From Prorocentrum cordatum (taxonomy: Eukaryota), in contig CAUYUJ010000323.1 of assembly GCA_963575745.1 (NCBI GenBank), positions 62,001-115,365 on the forward strand: DNA of 53,365 nt. Direction: 5' to 3'. How positions within the stretch are numbered: position 1 is the first letter of the stretch; every line of letters starts with the position of its first letter. Of this stretch, positions 1-12,400 are shown in pieces. Made by a program: the position numbers and the translations under genes. The notes beneath the pieces were generated by a model. The model was not told the DNA's origin. It did not search any database and saw nothing but the letters and a program-made list of their open reading frames with translations.

Positions 1-702
1 TGGGGGAGCCCCTGGCCGCGACAGCGCGGGGCGCACCTCGAAGAACGGGGCGGTTGACCTGCAAAGGGGCTTGTGCACGCGCCCACGTCCCATGCCGTTG
101 GCCAGGATCTACAGTGCCACAGAGCCCATACGCATCTGCGCCGCGTGCCGCCGTCTGCCTCTTCGCCGGGACCTGGGGGACTCCCCAAAACACATTCGCA
201 GTCGCCGAATACAACACCGAAGCAACGGCCCAGAAGGCGATCCAGATGGCGGACGTCGCGCAGATCGGCATGGCCTGCACCCACGCACGCGGGACACCGT
301 TTGGGCCCATTGGCGAGCTCGACTACAGAGCGTCTCCCGCCTACGCCGCGCCAGGGGTTGAGCAAAGGGAAGAACCAGAACAGTTCCGCGACCGCCAAGC
401 CGACCAGCCCGCCGAGAGCAACGACACGGCGACCACCGAAAAACCCAGAGAGAGCAGCAGCTACGCGCGACTGCGTGCCGCTGAGAAGGCCGAGGAGGCT
501 GCGGCTCACGCGACAGCAGCTGCGTCGCAGGATGGGGGAGGCCACGCTTGAGGAGACGACCAGCCTGCCAGATCACGCACGGCACGGCGTAGCTATCGCC
601 ATCCCGAGATCACGACAGCGCCCGCTCCGGGGCACAGGCTCCCTGCGGAAGTGGCACACAGCGGCCGCCACGTGGTCCGAGGCCCACCCAGCCACCGCCA
701 CA

Positions 703-878
703 CGGTCGGGGCGTTGAAGAAGGAACTCGTTTCGTCGGGTAGGGGCTCCGTGTTCCTTAATCGTTTCGCAGTTTGCCCCACGTCTTCCTCAGGTTTTCGA
801 AGGGAAATCGAAGTTCAACTTCTGGAGGAAAGGGGCCTCGTTCCTTATTTGGGGTTCCTTTGGTCAGCGCCCCGACTG
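703..878. mobile_element. MITE family A copy 1 (~176 bp, Tc1/mariner-like ends)
   Basis: Imperfect TIRs CGGTCGGGGCGTTGAAGAAGGAAC / GTTCCTTTGGTCAGCGCCCCGACTG followed by TA; colinear with 26344-26518. Confidence 0.8.
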
Positions 879-1386
879 TACAGCGACAGCAACGCGCCGA
901 GTTGGAACAGCAGTTCGAACGGCATGCAAGGACGTCCCCTCTTGAGGTGCGGGGCAGGGCGGCCCTGCCGCGCGCCGCTCGCGCGGAGGGTGGGGGCCTG
1001 CAGCAGGAGGAAGATCGAGCGCAGCAGCAGCACGGCGCGACCGACGTCCCGCTCCATCCCCATGGAGACCACGCGCTACGCCCACCCCTGCCCCCTCCTC
1101 TGGTTTCTGTTCGCCCCTCCTTGCCCCCCCTCTCCCCTATCCTGCCCTCCCGGGGGTAGCTTTTCAGAGGCTCCGTGGCGTGGGGTGGTTCTTGCCCCCC
1201 TTTCTCTTCTTTCCACTCGGGGGGGGGCTTCGCCTCGCCTCGTCGACTTCCACCATGCCCTGCCGTTTCCCTCGTCGAGCTGGCGTCGACGCCAATAGCT
1301 TCCTTCAAGCTTGGCCGCCCCGTGCCAGACTGCACGAGGTGGGGCAGGGCAGCACCTTCTTGGAGGTAGCATTGCCCGCGGCACCG

Positions 1387-1521
1387 AGGAGGAGGAGGAG
1401 GAGGAGGAGGAGGAGGAAAAAGGAGGAGGAAGGAGGAGGAGGAAGGAGGAGGAGCAGGAGGAGGAAGGAGGAGTAGGAGGAGGAGGATGAGGAAGTGGAG
1501 GAGGAAGTGGAGGAGGAGGAG

Positions 1522-1555
<34 letters not shown>

Positions 1556-1563
1556 AGGAGGAG
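1387..1563. repeat. (GAG)n microsatellite
   Basis: Direct reading. Confidence 0.95.
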
Positions 1564-1699
1564 AGCTGCTCGCGCGCTGCTTCCATGGGGGTGTTTTGGA
1601 GAGGCCTCTGGGGATCCCAACAGATGGCTCGACGCCTCATTGAGGTCGACGTTGGGATCAGCAATCGGGAAATCGTGGATTGAGGGACCAAGGGGGATC

Positions 1700-2049
1700 C
1701 CTCCTCCTCCTCCTCCTCCTCCTCCTCCTCCTCACTACCACCGCCATCACCATCACCACCGCCACCACACTACGACCATCATCGTCATCAGCATCATCAT
1801 CATCTTCATCACCATCATCACCATCATCATCATCATCATCATCAGCATCATCGTCATCGTCATCACCATCATCACCTTCTTCATCATCATCATCACCATC
1901 GTCAGCATCAGCAGCATCATTACCATCACCACCATCATCGTGATCATCAGTATTATCAACCGCCTCATTATCGTCGTCATCATCACCACCACCATCATCG
2001 TCATCATCATCAGCAGGAGCAGCATAATCCGTATCAGCATCACCATCCG

Positions 2050-2111
<62 letters not shown>

Positions 2112-2222
2112 GCATCAGCATCAGCATCAGCATCAGCATCACCACCATCATCATCACCATCATCACCAGCATCGTCATCGCCATCATCATCCTCATCATC
2201 ATCATCATCATCATCATCATGC

Positions 2223-2295
<73 letters not shown>

Positions 2296-2510
2296 TTTCA
2301 GCAGCAACCGAAGCATCCTCATAGTCATTATTATCATCACCACCATCAGGTTCATCGTCAGCATCATCACCATCATCATCCTCATCATCCCCATCATCAT
2401 CAGCAGCAGCATCATCATCATCACCACCATCATCATCATCAACATCATCATTAACATACTTAGCATCAGCACCATACTAATCATCAGCATCATTATCGTA
2501 CCATCATCAT
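1700..2510. repeat. (CTC)n then degenerate (CAT)n microsatellite
   Basis: Direct reading; explains poly-I/H/M pseudo-ORFs. Confidence 0.95.
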
Positions 2511-2514
2511 CGAG

Positions 2515-3230
2515 GTGCCTGGCTTGGAGGCAATCTGCTGTGCAGGGCCAAGGTGCTGGAAGAGGTCTCTGGCCGAGAGCGGAATGCAGGGCGTGACATG
2601 CCCTCGCAGATCGTGCGACGTTCTTGGCACGGCCCTCGTCATCGATGGGGCGGTGCGCTGGAGCTGTTGCACTTGCGCCGACGCTGGATGGGCCATCCAG
2701 GAAGGCCAGACGTTTCTTGCGGAGGCCGAGGAGCAGGTGGCTGGAACCACCGAGGCCAGCGCCAGAGACTGACGTGCTGGGGGCTTTAGCGCAGCGGCAG
2801 CCATCGTGGCGGGCGCTGCTGTCGCAGACGAGGGTGGCCACGCCAGCGATGCCGCACTAGCTGCGGCAGAGCCAGGGCCGCAAACCGCCGTGGAGGCTGG
2901 GGCCGAGGAGGCGGCGGCCGCGCCAGGGCCGTCCCACCCGCCCGTGGCGCTCGGCAGCAGAGGCCGTGGACGGGCCCGGGGGCGCGGGCGCGGCGGCCGC
3001 CTACCGCGCCCGCCCGCGGACGGCTGGCCCGAGGGCGAGGGTGGTCGCGGAGGGTTCGGCCCAGAGGCCTGATTGGTGGAACGCCCGGGTCCACTCCTCG
3101 CATGTGCTCTACGCTGCGGGGCCGCGGGTGTTCTGCGCAGCGTGCTGCTACCATGCAGCGTGGGCGAGGGTCGCGAGCCTCACAGAGCCGTGCCCGCGCC
3201 GCGCGGTGGATAGGCATGGCGGTGGATAGG
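2515..3230 (+). pseudogene. Probable 3' fragment of a non-LTR retrotransposon ORF (Cys/His-rich C-terminus)
   Basis: VHSSHVLYAAGPRVFCAACCYH...LTEPC resembles HxxH...CxxC...C motifs at dinoflagellate LINE C-termini; fragmented across frames. Confidence 0.45.
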
Positions 3231-3256
3231 CATGGCAGTGGATAGGCATGGATCGG

Positions 3257-3388
3257 CGTCTTCCCCTTTCGTAATTCCTCTGCTTCTTTCCTGCCCCTGC
3301 CCCCGCGCGCTCCCGCTGCATGTCCGTCACCGTTTTTGCTCAGGCACAGTTGGGGCGAAGTTCCCAGTCAGAGGAAAAAATACTTCCG
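3257..3388 (+). repeat. 5' pseudo-LTR of the Penelope-like element
   Basis: CGTCTTCCCCTTTCGT...AAAAATACTTCCG, roughly 80-85% identical by eye to 7863-7992. Confidence 0.85.
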
Positions 3389-5093
3389 AGTACTTCGAGG
3401 GTAAGGGTCTGGTCGTCCTGTCCCTGCCCTTTGATGGTAGTTCGCATTCACATTCATACTCCGCTTACTTTACTTATGTTTCTCTTTGCATTCGGAAAGA
3501 TCGGAGTTCTTTCCAAGAGCGCGGCACACTGCAGTCTATGAGGCCACCGCAGACGATGGCATATCCTCGACAGCCTTTCGCTCCAGCCGGCGGCGTGTTC
3601 ACGCAACCGAGGAGGGGCCTCCCACCGGTATCGATTTGGGTTTGTCCGTGCGTCGACATGCGAATGGAGAGGAGCCAGCCCATTGAATCGGGAGAGAACA
3701 TCGAGGTGATCGGTGTCGCTTCAGACATCCCCGGTTTGAAAGCCTGCCTGGAGACATAGCGTGCGACCTTTGCGCCGTGGAAGTGTGGTGACGAGCCGGA
3801 AGTAGCTTTGGACCGTTGCCTCCAGTTACAGACCATGATCGAGTTGAACTTTCTTGATGAGCAGTGGGACTTTTTGATGAAAAGGCCGGGGTCTTATGAT
3901 TCAGCAGACTGGAGAATCCACGCGGCTGAACATCGTCGAGCACTTGTCGTCCCTCAAAAATAAGTCGGACCACAAAAAAACAGCCAAAGAGGCAGCGCAG
4001 CCGTCCGGGTAAGAAGTCTTTGCGGGAACGCCTGGAGGAGGCAGAGCCTTCCGACGAGGGCCGGCGCCCCGCCAGAAACAAGAGGGACCGCGAGGGTGAA
4101 CCGTGCAAGGCATCGTCGGCACCGCGGGCTGAGTTCCCGATCAACGCCCGCATCGCGTACAAGCAGGAGGTTGCTGATGACCAGGAGGGCGCGGTGACGG
4201 GCACCTAGATGGCCGGTAAATGTGCGTCACTAGAGTTGGCGCGGACACGACCGAGGCGAGCTGGGACGTCCTCCGGTGCATGCTCGCTCCTCCGGCTTCT
4301 GTGGCGCGTCCTGAGCACATGATGACTCCCAACCCTAGGGGTCGCAGCCGCGTTCGCCGCGCCGACGATGACGGGCCGCCTACCTTGGATTACCAGGAGG
4401 ATTTCCAGGCTTGGATGGCGGAGGCAGCAGCAACGAGGATGTCAGATTCCTGAGTTGCGTCGTCGAGCTCTTTGGGCTCGCCAAGACAGGGTTCGGCATG
4501 TACCCTCCCTGAGCGCAGGCTTCCGGATCAGCGATGGGATATTGAGTGTTCTGTTGTGCAAGCTTTTGATGCGATTGGTCTGTCTCATGCGACCAGCCCA
4601 CGTCATCTTGCACGATTTGGCATCAGTAGCTCTTCTGTCCTCTCTGAATTGGTAGCCCACCCGTTTGCAGCACCATTGTAGCAACAAAGTGAATCCATGT
4701 TCCCAGATGCCGCGAGTTTCGTGGACCATCTGGTTCGATGTTGCAATGACATTGCTCACTTCGGCCGATTGCACCCTGTGGTTGGCCTGAAAATAGCAAG
4801 GGCGTGGACAAGTGCTTTGGGAAATTCATGGAATGGGCTTATGGGGTATTGTATACTGGTAGTAGATGTAAAGTTTGTAACCATGTTGTTCTCAATTGTA
4901 CGTGCTATGGGCGGAGTGGGGGAACCAAGCAAAAGCGACTGTCAGGAACTGTCTCTGGTGTTGTAACTATCTCAGGGGTGGCTTGATCCGCTGGTTTGTT
5001 TCCTGGTCAAAATTCAGGTTCCACCGTGTGTTGGGGGAGTTTATCCATACTACGTTTTCGTCTTTCACTCCTTCCTCCTCTTCTTCATCATCA

Positions 5094-5370
5094 TGCGTCA
5101 TATACATGTGGCCTTCTATAAACACACGCCATGCATACATTGAACAGACGATCCGGGGCACGCATTAAAAAGATTTGCTGAGCACGCTAGTAGTTTCGTG
5201 GATCTAGACCGATATGTCAAACAATTGCCAGCCTACGCAGTGATGAGGGGACTGGGGGTGCACAATATTGTATGTTTCCTATGACTAGTGTGGCTTGTAC
5301 GTCGACACACAAAATGAGGGCATTGGAACGACGGCTGATTAATGCTTTTTTTTATCCGACTCTAAATGCG
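5094..5370 (+). pseudogene. GIY-YIG endonuclease domain remnant
   Basis: CVIYMWPSINTRHAYIEQTIRG / frameshift / ALKRFAEH ... RALERRLINAF / PTLN: xIY, YIG(E here)QT, catalytic R, conserved E and N in order. Confidence 0.8.
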
Positions 5371-6499
5371 ACCATCTTGTACAAGCGCTGCAAGGCAGGA
5401 CCGATGCATCTCAATGGGTGAACCTGCCCAGTCCGTTTTTCTGTTGCTGCATGCCGCCGTTCTTTCATTCGGAATCATGATCCGACGCAGCGTTTCCAAC
5501 AGTGGCACGCAATCTGTCAGTGGACCAGACGGGGGCTGAAAAGGATGCGGTGTCTATCGCCTGCCGTCTCGGCAGGATCCAGAATTGCTCTCAATCTGCA
5601 TTGCGTCGCATCCGTGGCATATGCACAAAGGGTCGATAGATTTCGGTACAACACGTGCCTCGCCACATCCAGAACTACCTGCACGGCAAGGAACAGACAG
5701 TGGCGAGGCAGCGTTTCTCCAAGATTTGCCGGCTACCGGGCGACATCGCTGCTTGGAATCTCCACATCAATGTGCGACCGCTGCCTAGTATCAACATGGC
5801 GAACATCATATTAAATTTCATATGCCATCAAATATTACGTGCCCTTCCGCCTCAACATTGGGCCAATCTCAACTTGAAAAAGTCGCCACCGCCATCGATA
5901 TCACCATACATGCGCAACGTGGCTTCTTGGAGGGACAACGTTGATGCTGCCGATTTCCCGCGCACGCGCGCGTTCCTCGCGGACTTGCTGCAGGTCGATT
6001 GCCCTGCGAGTGGACATTTACGTGGTAAATCCATGTTAACATAATGTTGCAATACTTGTGGTGGTGATATGAGCGTTCAGAGTCGCATTGTTCCATCTTG
6101 CTCCTCGTGCAGAAACCAAGTGTCAATGTGCATGGTGCTTTGCGTAAGCAAGTTTATCGGCGCGGGCGTGCCGTTCCTGTGTTTGATGCAACGCATGTGT
6201 GCGATTACGCGAATGGTGCGTAACAGAACTATAATCATTTTAGGGGGATGGGCATTACACAATATGCTTAATCATATTGGAAGAACTTATTTGCAGAAGC
6301 GCGCGGCGACGCCAAGTGACAAGAATTCGCGGGCATTGCGCTTCTCTTGTCCTCGAGGGCGGCAGAACAGAATGTTCAACTTGTTCGTGCCCCGTGCTCC
6401 TGTCCGCTTTGCCGTGCCTCGCCTCGCCGACGTTCGCGCGCGGATTGACGCCATTGCTAATCATCTATCATGCACGGGTCCAGATTAAAATTGCAGGGC

Positions 6500-7696
6500 G
6501 CCACGAATTTGGGAGTTGCACTGGCTGGCCAAAACATTCAAATTTACGTCAAAACACGAGCCCGCTTGGTTCTCATTTCAAGTGCAGGTGTAAGACTTCA
6601 TTCAGTTTGGTTCATCGGGCTCTTAATTTCACGATCCAGATTTGGGGGCGAAGCCTTGGGGTCAACAGTGTTGCATCAGTCATAAGGAAAATTGTGGATT
6701 TCAATGTGGAGGTTCAGGAAAGCTCGCCGAGGCTACGTCGTTTCCACTCGCCGCGCAAAGAGGGGCATCGACAACTTTTTCGGCAATGCCCCCAGGAGCT
6801 GGCGATTTCTGCCCTGTCGCGGGGCGCGGGAGCTTTCTAGGGAATCGTCGGGGCCCGGCTCCCTTGCATCCAGATTCCCCGGCGCAGGAAGACTCCGCCT
6901 TCCAGGAGCGCCGAGGTGTTCTGCCGCGCCTTCCACCGCCATGCCCGCGACCAGGCGAGAGATGCAGATCTCTTCCCCGTGCTCCACAATGCTCGTAATA
7001 TGCCGTCAGTATCTGATGTAATTCATGTGGGCGATATTGAGACTGTGATTTGCCTTGATTGGATGTCTGGCTTGCACTTCTGGGGGGGCACACTGGTTGG
7101 GTTTGACAACGGTATGACACAGGGAATTCCGCTCAGCCTGGGTGTCTGCGCTCTAGTGCGTTGCTTTTTGGAGCATCCATGGTCAACAAACCTCCGTAGT
7201 ACTATCCGCTAAGCTCCCGTGCGTAATTTTAAGGTGGGTGGATGATTTGCACATGTTGGCATGTGTTTATTCTCGCGCTGGAGACAACCTTGATCACGCT
7301 GCCGCGGGGGAGAGCATTATTAACGGTATTGTGAACATACACACACTTCATTTTTCTATGGAAACAGAGGATAATAATGCGTTCGCGGGGCCCCAAGCAT
7401 CCGCGCGCGGGAACCGCGCGGCGCGAACCCAGCCTCGCACCATTAATGTTTTTTTGATGGGGGCGCCCAGCTGGACAGGCCCCGGTTTCGACATTGGCAT
7501 CTTAAACAATGGAAAAGTATTTAAATCCCTACTATACAGAGCCAGGCTATTCATAATGCAGACGGGTTTATCGACGTCGATTGGGAACATTCAACAGATT
7601 GTAAATCTGATTGTGGAATTTTGGTCTGTTGATTACCCCTCATCTGTTTGCGAGAGGGCGCTAAACCGGGCCATCTCCAAACGCCCCTACATCTGA
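6500..7696 (+). pseudogene. Penelope-type reverse transcriptase remnant
   Basis: Motif A GIDNFFGNAP (6763, D>G), motif B GMTQGIPLSLGVCAL (7111), motif C RWVDD (7232-7246), C-terminal LIVEFWSVDYP..CERAL. Confidence 0.8.
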
Positions 7697-7862
7697 TCTG
7701 TCCGCGGTGATGCCCGCCATTGCGGAGCGAGTCTATCGGTCGCGCGCGCGCCAGGGGTCCAACGAGTGATTGCGCGACGACCGGGGGCGGTCGCAGGCTT
7801 GAGGGTTGGATTGCATTTTAGTCCACTGCGGTAGTAAGCTCCAGCCATGCAGTTTCCCATCC

Positions 7863-7992
7863 CGTCTTCCCCTTTCGTTTTCCCGCGCTTCCTCCCTGCC
7901 CCTGCCCCCGCGCGCCCCCACTGCATGTCTGTCGCCGTCTATGCTCGGACACAGCTGGGGCGAAGCGCCCAGTCTGTGGAAAAATACTTCCG
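7863..7992 (+). repeat. 3' pseudo-LTR of the Penelope-like element
   Basis: Direct repeat of 3257-3388, ~170 bp after the RT stop codon. Confidence 0.85.
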
Positions 7993-8445
7993 GGGGGCGT
8001 CCTCCGCCGCCTGCAGCGCGGGTCCCGCCCGCCCCAGTCGGGGTAGCCCGGAGATCTTGCAGCGGTGGCCCATGGGCCGAGGCGGCGCAGCTGCTCGCGT
8101 GAGCCTGAGGGCTGAGCAGCACCGAGGCCTCTGCAGCAGCCTGTCGGCCCGCTTTGAATCGCGGCTTCCTCGGGGGGCGGGGTCGCTGGACCGCCTGGTC
8201 CGAGGGCCCGCGCAGGGTGGCGGGCGGCCCAGCCCGACTCGCGGCCCCAGACAGCAGGGGTCAAGATGGGTGGCTCGCTCGTTGGGGCGTCTTGAGGGCC
8301 CCCACGTCGCTCGTTGCGCTGAGTTTCGCTCTTGCAGTTTCCGCGTTCTGTCGCGCAGCAGCCGCCCCCGCTGCGCGCGCGGGCCGCTCGGCGACGCGGG
8401 CGAAGCGCTGCGGCCGCTCGCGCCACCAGAGGGGGATCATTACAA

Positions 8446-8489
<44 letters not shown>

Positions 8490-8589
8490 GCTTCAGCTTC
8501 AGCATCAGCATCAGCATCATCAGCATCATCATCATCATGGCCTTCCGCAGCGCGGACACTTCCGGGCGGGGGGGTTAACGACGGGCGGG

Positions 8590-11500
8590 CCACATGGGAG
8601 GCCACAAAAAAAACCTTACAAGTTGTTGCGTGGAACTTGCGTGGCTTGATCTGCCGATCTGCGCGCCGTTGCCGACTGAAGCTCAACGTGCTCAATGTTG
8701 CATTTCGCGCCGGAGCATTTATCGTTTTCCAAGAGTGCCGCGGCGCGCAGGAGGCGCTCAAGACCGCGCTGAAACGCAATCCCGGCTCCGCCAACTACTC
8801 CGAAAACCTCTCGGGGCGTCAAGAGCGCGGCGCTTAAAGACTGGCGTTCCTCGTCCCAGGGCTCGCGACGACGGAGATGGAACAGCGTCGAGATGATCGT
8901 GCGCGCGGCCGACCGCGCTCCACCCCCTCGTCCCCGATCATGCGCGAGGTCATCGCCCTGGGCCGCATTGCGGTTCTCAAGGCACGGCGCGTCGCCGGGC
9001 TGACTGGGCTCAGAGCCAAGATCGTGCGCAACTCTGATCGGGACCATGGCTTGCGACAGCAAGTCCGGACCACTTGGCAGCAGCACGCCTCGCGGTCTCC
9101 GGCGGAGCCCAAATCCCGCGCCTCCCTGGCGATCGGGGATTTCAATTATTCGAAGCTGCCCTCGCAGTCTTACTTGCGCCCGCAAAGTTCGCAGAATCCG
9201 CAGACCCACAAGGGAAGATGCCAACGGCGCCGAAGTTTTTGGCGGGGCTTAGTTCGCAAGGACGCGGTGGAAATCGCAACGGACAACCCTACCTACCCCT
9301 CCATGCAACAAAATTGGGCGTGCCATTGATCGAGCATGCATTGCGATGCCGCAGGCGTTCCTACCGTGCATCAGCTGCTCACCCGAAGTGAACGTGGAGG
9401 CGCCTGCTCTGGGCGACGTCCGGCTCATCGATCACGCAATCCTGAGGCCGCGATCGCTGCGGAACAGGCGCGCGCCACTACGGACCAAGCAATCCCAGAT
9501 GTTGTGTTCCGTTCGAAGCAGTGCAAGACGTGGCTCTCCAGACTGATCGAGAATTCTGACTCCGCCAGCCTGCCCGCCCTGCGGCGCTACGAAACCACGA
9601 AGCAGATGATGCGGCTGGCGGCCCAGCTCGCCCGGGGCGACCTGCAGCAGCTCCCCATCGGTAACGGCGACGAGAACGCGCGCGAGGTTGGGGAGCTCAT
9701 GCTGCGAGCCGTTGCCCGCGCGGCGTGGCGCGAGGACATGCGCGCCGCGCGACGCACCCAGAGCACCGCCGAACTTGGGGCCCAGTTCTTGGATGCGAGC
9801 GGTGCCAGTCCCCGGCTGCTGCGCTCGATTGAGTTCCCATGCCGCGCTGCATCTTTGCAACTTGTTGGTGCGAGCGCGCCCAGCGTCTCGCCGCTGCTCG
9901 CGCGGCCCAGGCTGCCCGCCCCCCCTCTGTCGAGCAACAGAGGAAGATCCAGCGCGGGCGTCAGCGTCGCGCCGCTCTCTGGGCACCTTTTCCAAGCGTT
10001 TCATCTCGCATGGCATCCGTCGCGAGCAGGTCGGAACCTCTATGGCGAGCCCGCCCCCTCTTTCACCTCCCCACCCCGCCCGCCGCGACGCCGCGACGCC
10101 CCCGATTGCCCGTGCGCCGACCGAGCGCACGGCGGCCCTCCGCTCGCATTGGGCCCCAGTTTTCTCCGACCGAGCGGTGCCAGCGGCTGATCTTGAAGCA
10201 TTCTTAGATCGGACTATGCCGAGTTCTCCCGGATGCCGACCTGGGGGCCCCCAGTCGCGCAGCGCTGGCAGAGGTCTTTCGTCGCAGTCGTAATTCGGCT
10301 CCGGGGCCCGACCGCCTCGCCTACCAGGCAAGGCGTGCGGCCCCATCGACGATCGACTGCCTCTACCCCGTCCTCCTCGGCCTCCTCAATGGCATCCCTG
10401 GTCCCTGTTCTTCCCTCGCCCAAACATTCAATCTTTGTGCTCCCATCGAAGGGCGAGAGGGAAGGCGACCCGCACGATTGCGCGCGCGGTGCTTCGGAGG
10501 CCCGGCCTCTCTCTTTGAAGAATTGCGATGTCAAAACCGTGGCAACTGCCATTCATCGACCCTTGGCGCGCTTAGCCCGCGAGCGCGTCCACGTTTATCA
10601 ACGGGCGCGCATTCCATGCCGAAGCTTTGGTGCCAGCATTGCTCGCTTAGACGCTCGAGCCCGCATCGCAGGTCTGCGCCCTCTTGCTTACAGGCGCGTG
10701 CCAATGTTCGTCGCATTTGACATCAAATCGGCGTTTCCCACCATGGGCCGCGCATGGTTATTTGCTGCTCTGTCCCGCGCAGGTCTCTCGCCAGGTTATG
10801 TCGACGCGATCGCCAGGCTCTACGGAGGGTGATTTGGTTTCGGCGCGAGTCGGGGATGAACTTGTCCCATTCTCTTCGAATTCGGGGGTCATGCAAAGGT
10901 ACCCGTTGAGCGGGGCGTTTTTAAGCTTTCGGCATGGACCCCATCATTCGTTCGCTGGAGCAGGCGTTCCCCCCTTCCCCTTTGGAGGGGTCGCTCGGTG
11001 GATGCGCCGACGATTTAGGCGCCGTGCTCGCGAAGCTAGCGCACGTGGGCGCGTTCTACCCCACCCTCCAGAAGGCGGCTCCTCCACCTTTAGGAACTCA
11101 GGTGCGCAATTGCCCCTCTTCGGGCTGAGTGCGCGCCAGAGGTCATGGAGACTCTTCGCGAGGAGCTGGCCAGTACAACACCAGCGTGACCTCGTTTACC
11201 CTTGTCGGCCACGCTGAATACTTAGGCATGTTGATGGGGCCCAGAGCGACACCCGAGCAGCAGCGGGCAGCATGTAACCAGAAGTGGTGGGAGGGGATAT
11301 TGAAAATGTCTCTCTCGGGTTCGCCTCCCGACTCCTCCTTCTGCCTCTATGGATTCGCGACCCTCCCAACATTCAGCTACTTGGCGCAATTTGTTCCGCC
11401 ACCACCAGCGCTCCTTACCAAGGGGCCTCGCTGTTTCCACAAGCTCCGCAAGCTCCCTCCCAACAGGTTTTCGGGCCCCGTCTTTGGAGCATGACAAACT

Positions 11501-12400
11501 GGTCGCCGCTTGCCTCGCCTCTCTCGATCGCTGTGTATTCGGCGGGGGTGAGTTGGCGGGCAGCCGCGCAGACGATCGCAGGATGGCAAACGTGGCTCGG
11601 GGAGCCCGAAGCCGCTGCCGTTGAGCACGCTCCGCTGGTGCGGGTGGTTCAAAAGCTCTGGCCCTCGCCGCAGCGACAATCCAAGCGAGCGATTGCGCAA
11701 TGCTTCCGCGACCGGGTTTCACACAGGGCGCTCCCTAAGGTCCCCTCTGGACCCCAACGTGCGGCGGCCGAGGCCGCTTCGCGAGAGGCTGTGCTCGGAC
11801 GAGGGCTTGAGGAATGTTCCCGTGTCCAGGGGGCGCACATTCGTTCCTTTACCCAGTCTCTTCTCCCAGAAAGATTGCACCTCACGCTGTCTAAGCGATT
11901 GCGTGCTTGGTTCCCCGACCTCGTCGTTCCTCCCCCTGGCCCCCGCCGGCAGGCTTTCCGCGCAGCGCTGGTCCAGGCGCGTCCCTCGATATTCTGGTGC
12001 ACCCTCACAACCCTTGCGGGTGGCTGGCCCACAGCAAGGAGAATGCACATCGTTGGACAGCGCTGATGCATTTTTCAGTGCCCCGACGCAGGCAATTCGA
12101 TCGCTCACTACCTCACCTGTCCCCGCCTCCTTCACCTCCTGGCCCTCCCTCGCTGCTTACTGCCAGCGTCGGTGCTCGTCCGCATCGGTCTGGGTGAGGA
12201 GAACGAGTGCACGGGGGAGATCTCCAGGGATCGTTCGATTTTTCTCGTAGCTCTCGCTTCAAGATTTACCATCAGCTGCGGTTTTGCCCAGATGGGCCTT
12301 TTAACGCAGTATACCAGCAGCATCTTGATATCAAGGATGCGGCGGCACGAGCTCTCGCAGCGTGATGCCGACGATATTGAGCGCAACTGCGTGCGATCAG
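8590..12400 (+). mobile_element. Decayed LINE ORF2: APE endonuclease, RT, C-terminal Zn knuckle
   Basis: APE: WNLRGL (8631), FQE (8727), GDFN (9135). RT: RPLSLKNCDVK, FDIKSAFP (10716), SGVMQRYPLSG, CADD (11003), EYLGML. Knuckle CIFQC..SIAHYLTC (12067-12120). Multiple stops/frameshifts; (CAT)n on both sides. Confidence 0.9.

Larger units (their letters stand above)
3257..7992 (+). mobile_element. Decayed Penelope-like retroelement with N-terminal GIY-YIG endonuclease and C-terminal RT (Naiad/Chlamys-type)
   Basis: Direct repeats at both ends, GIY-YIG motifs at 5094-5370, RT motifs at 6763-7246, PLE-like C-terminus to 7696, lower GC than flanks; many stops and frameshifts. Confidence 0.8.

Noticed and set aside
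54..551. 165-aa ORF at the window start
   Set aside because: Non-ATG start, possibly truncated by the window edge, no recognisable motif
1487..2841. Poly-Ile and poly-Met ORFs (also near 12.5, 36.3 and 42.7 kb)
   Set aside because: Translations of (CAT)n/(GAT)n microsatellites
7691..7760. Hammerhead ribozyme near the PLE 3' end
   Set aside because: CTGATC is not CTGAnGA and no paired GAAA core was found
3257..7992. LTR retrotransposon
   Set aside because: Repeats lack TG...CA, PBS and PPT; no integrase or protease; the interior is GIY-YIG plus PLE-type RT
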